Shown here piece after piece: positions 1 through 8,257 of a stretch of DNA of 64,000 nucleotides. The position numbers were made by a program, and so were the translations under genes. This DNA comes from Minisyncoccota bacterium (GTDB lineage Bacteria; Patescibacteriota; Minisyncoccia; 2-02-FULL-40-12; GWA2-44-9). Positions within the stretch are counted from its first letter, which is position 1. Each line of letters starts with the position of its first letter. The DNA lies in the NCBI GenBank assembly GCA_030583765.1, contig CP129474.1, forward strand, positions 73,709-137,708, given 5' to 3'. The notes under the pieces are model-generated. The model searched no databases. It was not told the DNA's origin and saw nothing but the letters and a program-made list of their open reading frames with translations.

Positions 1-468
1 CCGCCCCCGATATTCAAAATCATGTTTCCAATCGGGCTGTTAATAGGAATACGTGCACCAATTGCCGCAAGTACCGGTTCTTTCACAAGATAGACGGCTT
101 TAGCGCCCGCATCGAGCGTTGACTCAATCACCGCACGCTTTTCTGTAGATGTAATGCCCGCGGGAACAGAAATAAGCACTTCGGGCTTGAGGAAAGAAAA
201 CAATCCTCCGGCACGCTTAATGAAGTAGCGGAGCATGGCACCAGTGATACGGTAATCGGCGATAGCGCCATCAATGAGTGGCCGAGAAATAATGATGCTA
301 TCCGGCGTGCGTCCGATCATTTCTTTCGCCTTATTGCCAACGGCGAGAATAGTGTTATCAAGCACCGAGACAGCAACAACCGAAGGCTCGTTAATGACGA
401 TCCCCTTACCGGGGACGAAAACAACTGTGTTTGTTGTACCGAGGTCTATGCCTATTTTCCGTGCCATA
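1..468 (-). CDS. mreB: Rod-shape determining protein MreB, N-terminal part; the gene runs off the left edge of the window
   Basis: Hand translation of the reverse strand from the ATG at 466-468 gives MARKIGIDLGTTNTVVFVPGKGIVINEPSVVAVSVLDNTILAVGNKAKEMIGRTPD..., the actin-like ATPase phosphate-1 motif and an MreB-type N-terminus. The ORF track misses it because it is edge-truncated. Confidence 0.85.
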
Positions 469-557
469 AAAGCAGAGAAAGTGTAGCGTGTTATGCGGGG
501 GTGTGCAACCTGACATTTCTGGCATTTAGTCAAGTTTTCCTGTATACTGGATTGGCT

Positions 558-1367
558 ATGGAAAGACGAAAGCGCCGCATATTACTTGCTATTGCAGTCC
601 TGATTTTTATCGTCGGGACCTATTGGGCAATCATGGACGCCCAAGGATACACCTACAGCTTCACAGAGGGGCGTTTTATTCGTACCGGAACTATTGTCGT
701 ACGCCTCAATGAAACAGCCAATGTTCTCCTTAATGGCGAGCGAAAGGGCAGCACGTCATTTCTCTCACGCTCTTTCGGCATTGAAGAGCTTCTCCCCGGA
801 TCTTACACTGTGAGCACCTATCGCGATGGCTTCTCAACGTGGAGCAAAGTAGCTTCTGTTTCAGAGGGTCTTATCACAGAATTTCCTCATGTCCTCATGC
901 TTCCTACCGATGAAGCACGGGTTGAAGTACTACGCTCTCGCCTCGAAAGTGACATGGTACAACCCGCGCTCACACCACTCCCCTCTCCTCGTCCACGCCA
1001 AATACCAGTCGTAAGCCCAATTCCAGATTCCGCACTTGCGTGGCGCGGTGACACACTCATGCTCATCCAAAAAGATGGCACGCGTACTGACATCGTAAAA
1101 CGCCCGACCGGCGCACGCCTTTCAGCGCGCCAAGATCGTGTATTGTGGTGGAGCGGCCGCGATCTCTGGGTCATGTGGCTTACGCCAAATGGTGTGCAAC
1201 CTTACTATCCTCAAGGTTATATGGAGCGTATTTTCCGCGCATCACGCCCCATTACTAACGCGGTGTGGTTTGATGAAAATGCTACACACATCGCATTCAA
1301 CGAAGGCGCTGGAATCCGCATCATCGAAATAGACACTCGCGGCGGCGTGAACATTATACGCCTGTAA
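558..1367 (+). CDS. Membrane-anchored hypothetical protein with a PEGA-like beta domain
   Basis: Long ORF 501..1367. An internal Met, MERRKRRILLAIAVLIFIV, leaves room for a divergent promoter shared with mreB. It has an N-terminal TM helix and the stretch VRLNETANVLLNGERKGSTSF...GSYTVSTYRDGFSTW, which resembles a PEGA domain. Confidence 0.5.
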   Translation: MERRKRRILLAIAVLIFIVGTYWAIMDAQGYTYSFTEGRFIRTGTIVVRLNETANVLLNGERKGSTSFLSRSFGIEELLPGSYTVSTYRDGFSTWSKVASVSEGLITEFPHVLMLPTDEARVEVLRSRLESDMVQPALTPLPSPRPRQIPVVSPIPDSALAWRGDTLMLIQKDGTRTDIVKRPTGARLSARQDRVLWWSGRDLWVMWLTPNGVQPYYPQGYMERIFRASRPITNAVWFDENATHIAFNEGAGIRIIEIDTRGGVNIIRL

Positions 1368-1376
1368 AAAGAAAGA

Positions 1377-1409
1377 ACCCCCACAAAGAGTGAGGATCCT
1401 TTTGTGGGG
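1377..1409. terminator. Stem-loop cccccacaaa...tttgtggggg with a 14-nt loop, probably a bidirectional terminator
   Basis: Perfect 10-bp stem read directly from the sequence. It lies between the end of the + gene (1367) and the end of the - gene (1411). Confidence 0.5.
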
Positions 1410-1410
1410 G

Positions 1411-1806
1411 CTAGGGCTGATCGTCGAGGCGACCATTGAGCACGCGCATGACGTCGGGCGAAATGCGATCTCTGACTTCTCTACGGAGCAGTATGTCTTC
1501 TTCTTCCCGCGTCAGAGCTCGTACCCTCTCGAATCTGCCATCAGTCCAGGTGATGACATCGTGAGTATGCCCTCCCTTGGCGAGCCTCCCCATGAATGGC
1601 CTAAAGCAAAACACCGGCGAATACGTCGTGCCCAACATCTTGGTAAGCGAGCGGGCGGCATCTTCTCGTTCGAAGAGAAATACACGAGGAGGCGCAACCT
1701 CTTGTTCCTCCCCAGCTCGCACCAAGAACGCGATACCTACCGTGAACCCATCGAATGGGGCAAACAGTTCCCGTAATGCTTCTATGGACTGATAATTGTG
1801 GCTCAA
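1411..1806 (-). CDS. Hypothetical protein, 131 aa
   Basis: ORF with protein-like composition (GIAFLVRAGEEQEVAPPRVFLFEREDAARSL...). The alternative + frame looks less protein-like. No recognisable family. Confidence 0.4.
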   Translation of the reverse strand: MSHNYQSIEALRELFAPFDGFTVGIAFLVRAGEEQEVAPPRVFLFEREDAARSLTKMLGTTYSPVFCFRPFMGRLAKGGHTHDVITWTDGRFERVRALTREEEDILLRREVRDRISPDVMRVLNGRLDDQP

Positions 1807-1879
1807 GCGTAACTCTCCCCTCTTCTCATGTGACGAACTGGCACATACGGTACATGAAATAGCTTATGAAGTCAATAAA

Positions 1880-1910
1880 ACCAAAACGCCCCGTGAAGGG
1901 CGTTTTGTCT
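1880..1910 (-). terminator. Rho-independent terminator downstream of rpsI
   Basis: Hairpin aacgccc-cgtgaa-gggcgtt. On the minus strand it is followed by TTTTGGTTTTATT. Confidence 0.6.
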
Positions 1911-1915
1911 ATCGT

Positions 1916-2446
1916 CTAGCGCTTTGACCACTGTGGTGACTTGCGCGCTTTCTTCAAGCCATACTTGCGGCGTTCCTTCATGCGAGGATCGCGAGTGAGG
2001 TAGCCTGCCTTCTTGAGCTTCTTGCGGAAGTTTGTATCAAACTGCTCAAGCGCACGAGAGATACCGTGACGAATCGCCTCTGCCTGTCCAGCGATGCCAC
2101 CACCATTCACCAGTGCAGTAACCTTGAACCGTGCAAGAGACTTCAATTTGCGAAGCGGAGCTTCAACGTGGAGCCAGAGAGACTTGTCGGAAAAGTATTC
2201 CGTGTAGTCTTTGCCGTTGACGACCACAAGAGCACGATCTTCTTTGAGTGCGTCTGTAGATTTGCGCGTAAAGAGGCGCACGCGAGCAACCGCGTTCTTG
2301 CGGCGTCCTACAGATTCAAAGTATTTCTCTTTGGTACCAAGCTCCTTATCGCTCTCTTCGAGAGAAGGAAGCGTGGGTTCGTCAGTGTCTTCGTCAGGCA
2401 CTGCGATTCCGAGAACATCTAATGGTTGTGTGTCGTTCTGTTGCAT
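1916..2446 (-). CDS. rpsI: 30S ribosomal protein S9 with an acidic N-terminal extension of about 45 aa
   Basis: C-terminal ...GGGIAGQAEAIRHGISRALEQ...YLTRDPRMKERRKYGLKKARKSPQWSKR is the canonical uS9 tail. Confidence 0.9.
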   Translation of the reverse strand: MQQNDTQPLDVLGIAVPDEDTDEPTLPSLEESDKELGTKEKYFESVGRRKNAVARVRLFTRKSTDALKEDRALVVVNGKDYTEYFSDKSLWLHVEAPLRKLKSLARFKVTALVNGGGIAGQAEAIRHGISRALEQFDTNFRKKLKKAGYLTRDPRMKERRKYGLKKARKSPQWSKR

Positions 2447-2455
2447 ACGATAAAA

Positions 2456-2812
2456 TTAGGCAAACACTAAGCGCAGGATCATGCGATCGCGGAGCTTGTT
2501 ATCAGGGAGCATGCCACGGACCATACGACGCAAGACTTCTTTTGGTTTCTTCTCCCACAGTGACCCGAGCGTGCGCGAGTTGAGACCACCTGGATAGCCA
2601 GAGAAGCGATAGATCTGCTTCTGTTCAAGCTTACTGCCCGTGAAGACAGCTTTGTCCAAGTTTAAGATACGAACAGAAATTTCTGGATCAACCGCAGGGT
2701 TATAGGTAGCCAAATGTTTACCACGAAGAACGGTTGCAATGCGTGTTGCAGCGCGGCCAATAGATTGGCCTGCCATGTCGATCTCAACGATGTTTTTAGG
2801 TGTGGCTGTCAT
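2456..2812 (-). CDS. rplM: 50S ribosomal protein L13
   Basis: MTATPKNIVEIDMAGQSIGRAATRIATVLRGKH... The ORF extends upstream, but the internal Met at 2812 abuts the rplQ stop. Confidence 0.9.
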   Translation of the reverse strand: MTATPKNIVEIDMAGQSIGRAATRIATVLRGKHLATYNPAVDPEISVRILNLDKAVFTGSKLEQKQIYRFSGYPGGLNSRTLGSLWEKKPKEVLRRMVRGMLPDNKLRDRMILRLVFA

Positions 2813-2813
2813 A

Positions 2814-3161
2814 TTATGCGACAAATTCAATGCGAACCATTGGCGAACCATCGGAAGGACGCTTGCCGAGTGGTACCAAACGAGTGTAGCCACCTGGGCG
2901 TGAGGCAAATCGGACCGAGATATCTTTGACGAGCTTCTCGGATGCCTTCTTACCAACACGAGTCATGAGCTCACGTCGAGCAGCAACGGTACCCTTTTTA
3001 CCAAGGGTGATCATCTTTGCCACCGCAGAAGTGAGCGTTTTGGCGCGTGCCGTTGTCGTTGTGATGGCACCGTGCTCAATTAAAGCCGTCGCAAGAGAGC
3101 GCACAAAGGCAATGCGTTGGTTTCGTTCCCGTCCGAATTTTCGTACGTTGCCTCGTTTCAT
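2814..3161 (-). CDS. rplQ: 50S ribosomal protein L17
   Basis: MKRGNVRKFGRERNQRIAFVRSLATALIEHGAITTTTARAKTL... is bL17. Confidence 0.9.
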   Translation of the reverse strand: MKRGNVRKFGRERNQRIAFVRSLATALIEHGAITTTTARAKTLTSAVAKMITLGKKGTVAARRELMTRVGKKASEKLVKDISVRFASRPGGYTRLVPLGKRPSDGSPMVRIEFVA

Positions 3162-3170
3162 GGGTAGTAA

Positions 3171-3917
3171 TTATGCCTCTTTCTCCTTCTTCTTGCTGCT
3201 CTTTGGCGCCGGAGCGTCTTGGGATGTTACATCAGGAACCTCAATCTTGGCAAGAGAACCGAAGTGGTCCGCAAGGATTTCCGAAGCGTTACGGAGTGCC
3301 GCTTCTGGCGTGATAGTGCCATCAGTTACGATCTCCATAGTCACTTTGTTGAAGTCAATGCGGTCGCCGACACGGATGTCGTCGATGCGGAAGTTCACCA
3401 GCTTTACTGGAGAAAAGATTGCATCCACAGCAATAACGCCGATAGGAAGCTTTTCCTTCTGGCGCTGCTCTGTAGGCACATATCCAACACCGCGCTCTAC
3501 GGTAAGTTCCATGCTTACAGAAGCCTTTTTGTCAGTGATGGTGAGGATCGGCTGCTCTGGGTTCACTACTTCCACATCGGCAGGAAGCTTCATGTCCCCT
3601 GCAGTCACAACGCCCTCTCCTTTCGCTTCAAGCACGAGTGTTACTGGGCCATCAGCAAAAGAGCGCAAGCGGATCTTCTTAACGTTGAGAATAATCTGAA
3701 TAGCGTCCTCGAGTACGTGATCAATCGCGGAAAACTCGTGATCGACGCCCTGGATTTTAATAGAAGTTACTGCGGCACCTTGCAACGATGAAAGCAAAAC
3801 GCGGCGCAGAGGATTTGCAACTGTGGCGCCATAACCAGGCATCAAAGGACCAATTTCAAAAACACCGCGAGTATTGCTGCGTTCGATCGTGGTGATTGTG
3901 TGGGGTGTTTGAATCAT
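3171..3917 (-). CDS. rpoA: DNA-directed RNA polymerase alpha subunit, N-terminal domain only (248 aa, no alpha-CTD)
   Basis: MIQTPHTITTIERSNTRGVFEIGPLMPGYGATVANPLRRVLLSSLQGAAVTSIKIQGVDHEFS... is an alpha-NTD. The protein ends in a short KKKEKEA tail. rplQ begins 10 nt after the stop, so no CTD is encoded here. Confidence 0.9.
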   Translation of the reverse strand: MIQTPHTITTIERSNTRGVFEIGPLMPGYGATVANPLRRVLLSSLQGAAVTSIKIQGVDHEFSAIDHVLEDAIQIILNVKKIRLRSFADGPVTLVLEAKGEGVVTAGDMKLPADVEVVNPEQPILTITDKKASVSMELTVERGVGYVPTEQRQKEKLPIGVIAVDAIFSPVKLVNFRIDDIRVGDRIDFNKVTMEIVTDGTITPEAALRNASEILADHFGSLAKIEVPDVTSQDAPAPKSSKKKEKEA

Positions 3918-4001
3918 ACGGGTGTGCGTTGTGATGTTAGGGTGAGCGGTCAGGAGGATTCATGTCGGGAGCGCTCGTATAACTCCACAATGCAACAGAA
4001 A

Positions 4002-4640
4002 TTATCGTGAATAATATTCAATAATCGCCTGCAAATCATCAACCTTCAAACCACTGGCATCCATCTTTGGGATCGTGTTTACCGTCGCAGTCATTGTCTG
4101 CTTATCAAGCGTCATCCATGCTGGCGCTTCATAATTTGCCAACCACTGTGGCATGAGACTACTCATGAACACATTCTTCTTACTGCCCTCGCGGATCCCC
4201 AAAACGTCGCCCTGCGAAACGCGGAACGAAGGGATGCTCACCTTGCGGCCATTCACGGTGACGTGGCCATGGTTTACAAGCTGACGCGCTTGATCGCGAG
4301 ATTGAGCAAGACCCATGCGGAACACCGCGTTATCTAAGCGAGTTTCAAGCGCGGCGATCATCGCATCGTACGGATCCATTTTCTCAGTAAGAGCGCGCTG
4401 AATGATGCTCTTAAACTGCTTCTCCATAAGGCGATAGGTCTTGCGGACCTTTTGCTTTGAACGGAGCTGAAGGCCGAATTCAGAGACCTTTCCAAAGTTA
4501 CCCGTCTTTCCATGTACACCGGGTGGATACGGGCGGCGCACTAATGCTGACTTCTGCGAGTGAGAACGCTCACCTTTTAAGGCAAGCTTTTCTCCTAAGC
4601 GACGCTCAATTTTCTCTCGTGGTCCAAGATATCGTGCCAT
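4002..4640 (-). CDS. rpsD: 30S ribosomal protein S4
   Basis: MARYLGPREKIERRLGEKLALKGERS...S4 domain...GLKVDDLQAIIEYYSR. Confidence 0.92.
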   Translation of the reverse strand: MARYLGPREKIERRLGEKLALKGERSHSQKSALVRRPYPPGVHGKTGNFGKVSEFGLQLRSKQKVRKTYRLMEKQFKSIIQRALTEKMDPYDAMIAALETRLDNAVFRMGLAQSRDQARQLVNHGHVTVNGRKVSIPSFRVSQGDVLGIREGSKKNVFMSSLMPQWLANYEAPAWMTLDKQTMTATVNTIPKMDASGLKVDDLQAIIEYYSR

Positions 4641-4652
4641 ATGTAATAAATA

Positions 4653-5090
4653 TTAGATGCGACGCGGCTTACGAGCGCGAACTCCGTTGTGTGCCACAGG
4701 AGTTCGATCTACGAGTGAAAGAATGTGCAACCCACTCGATGCGATGCCACGGATAGCTGACTCGCGAGCTGGGCCGACGCCGCGAACGACGATCTTGAGG
4801 TTCGCCACGCCATACTTCTTTGACTTCTCGAGACAGTCTTTTGCCACAAGGTTTGCGGCATACGGAGTTGATTTCTTCGTTCCCTTGAACCCAAGGAGGC
4901 CAGAGGATGACCACGAGAGCACGTTCCCCTTCATATCAGCGATTGAGATGATCGTGTTGTTGTATGAAATGGAGATATTCGCAATGCCATTCAACACCTG
5001 GCGCTTTGCGCCACGGCGCACCGGAGCAGCGCCACCTGCTGTTGCGGAAACCTCGGTATCAACTTTTGTGACAATTTTCTTCTTTCCCAT
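4653..5090 (-). CDS. rpsK: 30S ribosomal protein S11
   Basis: ...GIANISISYNNTIISIADMKGNVLSWSSSGLLGFKGTKKSTPYAA... is uS11. Confidence 0.92.
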   Translation of the reverse strand: MGKKKIVTKVDTEVSATAGGAAPVRRGAKRQVLNGIANISISYNNTIISIADMKGNVLSWSSSGLLGFKGTKKSTPYAANLVAKDCLEKSKKYGVANLKIVVRGVGPARESAIRGIASSGLHILSLVDRTPVAHNGVRARKPRRI

Positions 5091-5095
5091 ATGAA

Positions 5096-5482
5096 TTAGG
5101 TCTTTTGGTTTGCATCCTTACGGCCGGAACCCATGGTCTTACGAACATTACCACGCGTTGTGCGAGAATTGCGACGCGTGTTGCCCTTTAACGGCAAGCG
5201 GCGTGCAAGGCGACTCCCGTGGAGGGTGCCGATTTCTTTATAGCGTTTAATGTTCTGTCCGATTTCCTTACGAAGATCTCCTTCGAGCTTATGATCGCGC
5301 TCGAGAATCTTCTGAATGCGGTTGAGTTCATCTGCGCTCAGCTCTTGAGCACGCTTATCACCGTCTACCTTTGCCTCGGTGAGCACCTTCTTGCTTGTTG
5401 CCAAACCTACGCCATACAAATACTGCAGAGCGTAGAGCACTTTTTTATTATCTGGAATTTGAACACCAAAAATACGAGGCAT
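5096..5482 (-). CDS. rpsM: 30S ribosomal protein S13
   Basis: MPRIFGVQIPDNKKVLYALQYLYGVGLATSKKVL... Uses the internal Met at 5482; the upstream extension overlaps rpmJ. Confidence 0.9.
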   Translation of the reverse strand: MPRIFGVQIPDNKKVLYALQYLYGVGLATSKKVLTEAKVDGDKRAQELSADELNRIQKILERDHKLEGDLRKEIGQNIKRYKEIGTLHGSRLARRLPLKGNTRRNSRTTRGNVRKTMGSGRKDANQKT

Positions 5483-5486
5483 AGTC

Positions 5487-5600
5487 TTAACCTTGACGCT
5501 GCTTATGTTTAGGGTTTGAGCAAATGCAATAGATGCGCTTCTTGCGGCGCACAAGCTTACACTTATTACACATGGGGCGGACAGAAGCTCGTACCTTCAT
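5487..5600 (-). CDS. rpmJ: 50S ribosomal protein L36
   Basis: Hand translation of the reverse strand gives [37 protein letters not shown], 37 aa with the canonical bL36 zinc-ribbon CxxC...C...H. It is not in the ORF track because it is under 60 aa. Confidence 0.9.
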   Translation of the reverse strand: MKVRASVRPMCNKCKLVRRKKRIYCICSNPKHKQRQG

Positions 5601-5625
5601 AACAATCGTCTTAAAAAATAATGAA

Positions 5626-5835
5626 TTAGTTGCGATACACGATCCGGCCACGAGAACCATCCGGGGCCATCTCCACTGCTACTGTATCTCCGAGCATGAC
5701 CTTAATCCGATGAAGGCGCATCTTGCCTGCCAAGTAGGCAAGGATGATGCGGCCGTCGGGCAATTGGACGCGAAAATTCGTGTCGGGCAATGCCTCGACT
5801 ATCACACCGGTTATTTTTTGCTTCTGGTCAGCCAC
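5626..5835 (-). CDS. infA: Translation initiation factor IF-1
   Basis: ...[63 protein letters not shown] is an S1-like IF-1. A GTG start is inferred; the ORF extends to 5892. Confidence 0.85.
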   Translation of the reverse strand: MADQKQKITGVIVEALPDTNFRVQLPDGRIILAYLAGKMRLHRIKVMLGDTVAVEMAPDGSRGRIVYRN

Positions 5836-5914
5836 TCGTGAAAAGGAGCCGCGTCCGTCATACAAACGGCGCGAGCTTGCATATGGTAGCAAAGCTGCGT
5901 TCCGCTGTCAACGA

Positions 5915-8026
5915 CTACTCCTCTGTGGGGCTTGGTTGAGGCGTCGCATAGATAAGTTCGACCGAAATATTGTTCACGTTATCAGGAGCTTTTGTTGCCC
6001 ATCGGGGTGACAGGGTTACGCGAGCTGAGCCAATATTTGTCTCCTGAGACCGAATGAAGCTTTCGAGCTGTTCCTTTGTTTTACCCCGCACACCATCGCG
6101 GATCATGTCGGTGGAAATAGCAGCGAATGCGGTCCCGCCAACCTGTACCGTGCCTCGCAACGTGCCCGCCTTTTCATCAAATACAGGGTTCGAAATGCTA
6201 TACGTAATATATTCTGGCAACACGGTGATAGGGTGCTTTTCTTCAAGAATCTTCTTGATAAAAGCGTGTATATCCTCCTCACGGAAGCCAACGGTTGTAA
6301 GCGTCTGTTTTGCACTCGCGGTGAATGTGTCTGCGGCCTCGTCTTGCTGTGCTGACGTTGTAATTTGTACTTCAGAGATCTTACTCGCTTCGTCCAAGAT
6401 GACATCTCTGGTGCGCGCATCCGTGAGAGCGTCTGCCATGAGTTGCTTCAGCTCGTTTTCAACTGCAGCGCGCGCCTTGACGATATCCGCTTCGGTGACA
6501 ACCTTTGCCCTACCCTGAACACCCCCGGCCATGGGCGCCGATGACGTTGCAGTAAATTTTGCATAGCGCTCAGCATCGTTTCGCTCTTTAAACGCAGAGA
6601 AAACAAATGACGAAGGGGCAATGTTGTATGTAGTACCTGGCTTATCAGCAATGACCTCTACCGTTGCTTTTCCAGGCTCTGATCCACGCATGCCCGGCAC
6701 CGTAATGGTCCGGAGCGTGCGGAATACTAAGCCCTCTTTTGTCTCAAGGCGTGTAGTGGCAATAAAGGTTTGGGGCGTAGCACTAAAGGCATTCAGGATA
6801 GTAACCGTGCCGCGAGCCTTTTGAGCCACGTCACGTTCTCCGCTCGCTGGGAATGTTTGCGATGCTGTTTTTTCAATCGTAATAAATTGCCCGGGCATAA
6901 CGCCTGTAGCGCTACTCATTTCCTTTATGTTGCGGTCAGCGAGCATTGGCAAGCTGTATTCAAGTTTTGATGGGGCGGGTGAAATGGCAAGGTGCGCAGA
7001 TTGAGGGGTAAACAAATAGATAGCCAGCGCGGAGATAGCCAGCACAGTAAGCCCAATGCCTACTTTGCCAATCGTAGAAATGCCGCCGCCGCGCGATGCA
7101 ACAACACGCTGTGGCGATGCGCCTTTTCGGAAAAAACGAGAAAACCAAGATCCCTGCTTTCCAGCAGAAACCGGCGGTCCCCAAATACCACCCTCTTTAC
7201 TTGGCTCACCCCATACTGTGGCGAGATCTTCTACGCGCGCTTCTCTTTGAAGTGGTACCGCGGAACGCTTACCCTGTGTGCCGCGTACAGGAACAGCGCG
7301 CCCACGACCTATCGCCGAAGGGACCGCACTGTCGAGTCGACGCCCCGATGCCGCAAGTGTTGCGTGAGGCACGTTGCGAGAAACGGCGACCTCTTCCGCT
7401 TCCAAATCTTCAAGCTCTTCAGAGGAGGGCTCGAGATCATCTTCGAGTACGTCTTTGTCTACTTCATCTGCATCTAAATCATCACCCTCTTCTGCTTTAG
7501 TGCCGTCGGCATCGGAATCGAGCTCTAGTTCTTCTTCGTGGAATCCTTCGTCTTCTTTGTGGCGACTTGTTCCCGGCTCCTGGTCATCATAAAACCCGTC
7601 TCCATCCACATCAACGCCACGGTATGGGGCGTGATCAGGGATTTCGCCATCGTCTTCATCTGGCTCACCCATGACTTCATCTGACGGGAGCACAACATCT
7701 CGCCCAGAAACAGCTAGGCGCGCCGCGGGCTTCTTCCGCGCACCACCTTTTGGCGTGTTCAACACTACTTCAAATGCATGATCGCGCGCTAGCGCAGCGA
7801 TATCTGGGTTCGGCGTCATGAAGGTGACGCGCTTTTCATTGGCGAGCGCTTCGCTTGCAAGCGTCGCAAAATCGTCCGTTTGAGAAAACGCCTTTGAGCG
7901 CTTGGGAAGAATAAAAACAACCTCCGAGGCGGGCGTCCCTTGCACAATGCTAAGAAGCTCGTCGAAGGTATCGTCCTTGAGGACGTGTATGATCTTGGTG
8001 CCTGCCATCGCATAAAAGTATAGCAC
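5915..8026 (-). CDS. Large hypothetical membrane protein, 703 aa: N-terminal globular domain, highly acidic D/E-rich low-complexity region, one TM helix, C-terminal beta-rich extracytoplasmic domains
   Basis: Long ORF with D/E runs (EPDEDDGEIPDH...DDQEPGTS...EEELELDSDADGTKAEEGDDLDADEVDKDVLEDDLEPSSEELEDLEAEE) and a TM segment GISTIGKVGIGLTVLAISALAIYLF. It occupies the place where secY-adk-map normally sit upstream of infA. Confidence 0.6.
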   Translation of the reverse strand: MLYFYAMAGTKIIHVLKDDTFDELLSIVQGTPASEVVFILPKRSKAFSQTDDFATLASEALANEKRVTFMTPNPDIAALARDHAFEVVLNTPKGGARKKPAARLAVSGRDVVLPSDEVMGEPDEDDGEIPDHAPYRGVDVDGDGFYDDQEPGTSRHKEDEGFHEEELELDSDADGTKAEEGDDLDADEVDKDVLEDDLEPSSEELEDLEAEEVAVSRNVPHATLAASGRRLDSAVPSAIGRGRAVPVRGTQGKRSAVPLQREARVEDLATVWGEPSKEGGIWGPPVSAGKQGSWFSRFFRKGASPQRVVASRGGGISTIGKVGIGLTVLAISALAIYLFTPQSAHLAISPAPSKLEYSLPMLADRNIKEMSSATGVMPGQFITIEKTASQTFPASGERDVAQKARGTVTILNAFSATPQTFIATTRLETKEGLVFRTLRTITVPGMRGSEPGKATVEVIADKPGTTYNIAPSSFVFSAFKERNDAERYAKFTATSSAPMAGGVQGRAKVVTEADIVKARAAVENELKQLMADALTDARTRDVILDEASKISEVQITTSAQQDEAADTFTASAKQTLTTVGFREEDIHAFIKKILEEKHPITVLPEYITYSISNPVFDEKAGTLRGTVQVGGTAFAAISTDMIRDGVRGKTKEQLESFIRSQETNIGSARVTLSPRWATKAPDNVNNISVELIYATPQPSPTEE

Positions 8027-8068
8027 AGGGCCTGCAAAATACGTGTGGAATAGTGGGTAAAAGGGGCC

Positions 8069-8109
8069 TTGCTTTTTCCCCTATTTTGTGCTATAATGAG
8101 GGCTGGAGG
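8069..8109 (+). promoter_or_regulatory. Sigma70-like promoter plus SD: TTGCTT, 17-nt spacer, TATAAT, then GGAGG
   Basis: ttgctt 8069-8074, tataat 8092-8097, ggagg 8105-8109. It precedes the ATG at 8118. Confidence 0.55.
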
Positions 8110-8117
8110 TTGAAGCC

Positions 8118-8240
8118 ATGCCCTTTCTCAACGCGGTGCTGTTTCTGGCCCTCGTGGCCGGAGGCGGGCTCGTTCTTTACGGGATCGTCTGGGCAAGCAA
8201 TCTGCCCAGCGAGCCCGCCCACACCCCCGACAACAAGTAG
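8118..8240 (+). CDS. Small GC-rich membrane peptide, 40 aa
   Basis: MPFLNAVLFLALVAGGGLVLYGIVWASNLPSEPAHTPDNK*, with its own promoter and SD. Confidence 0.45.
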   Translation: MPFLNAVLFLALVAGGGLVLYGIVWASNLPSEPAHTPDNK

Positions 8241-8257
8241 TCGGGGGTCATTCTATT

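Noticed and set aside
274-486. 70-aa + strand ORF at the left edge
   Set aside because: It lies entirely antisense to a clear MreB coding frame, so it is spurious.
2066-5090. Multiple + strand ORFs inside the ribosomal-protein block (2066..2422, 2926..3699, 3219..3791, 4457..4756, 4657..5094)
   Set aside because: They are antisense to well-supported r-protein and rpoA genes and look like low-complexity translations.
6054-7592. Several ORFs overlapping the 703-aa gene on either strand, including a Ser-rich 72-aa ORF at 7374..7592
   Set aside because: They are shadow ORFs produced by the acidic repeat region of the long minus-strand gene.
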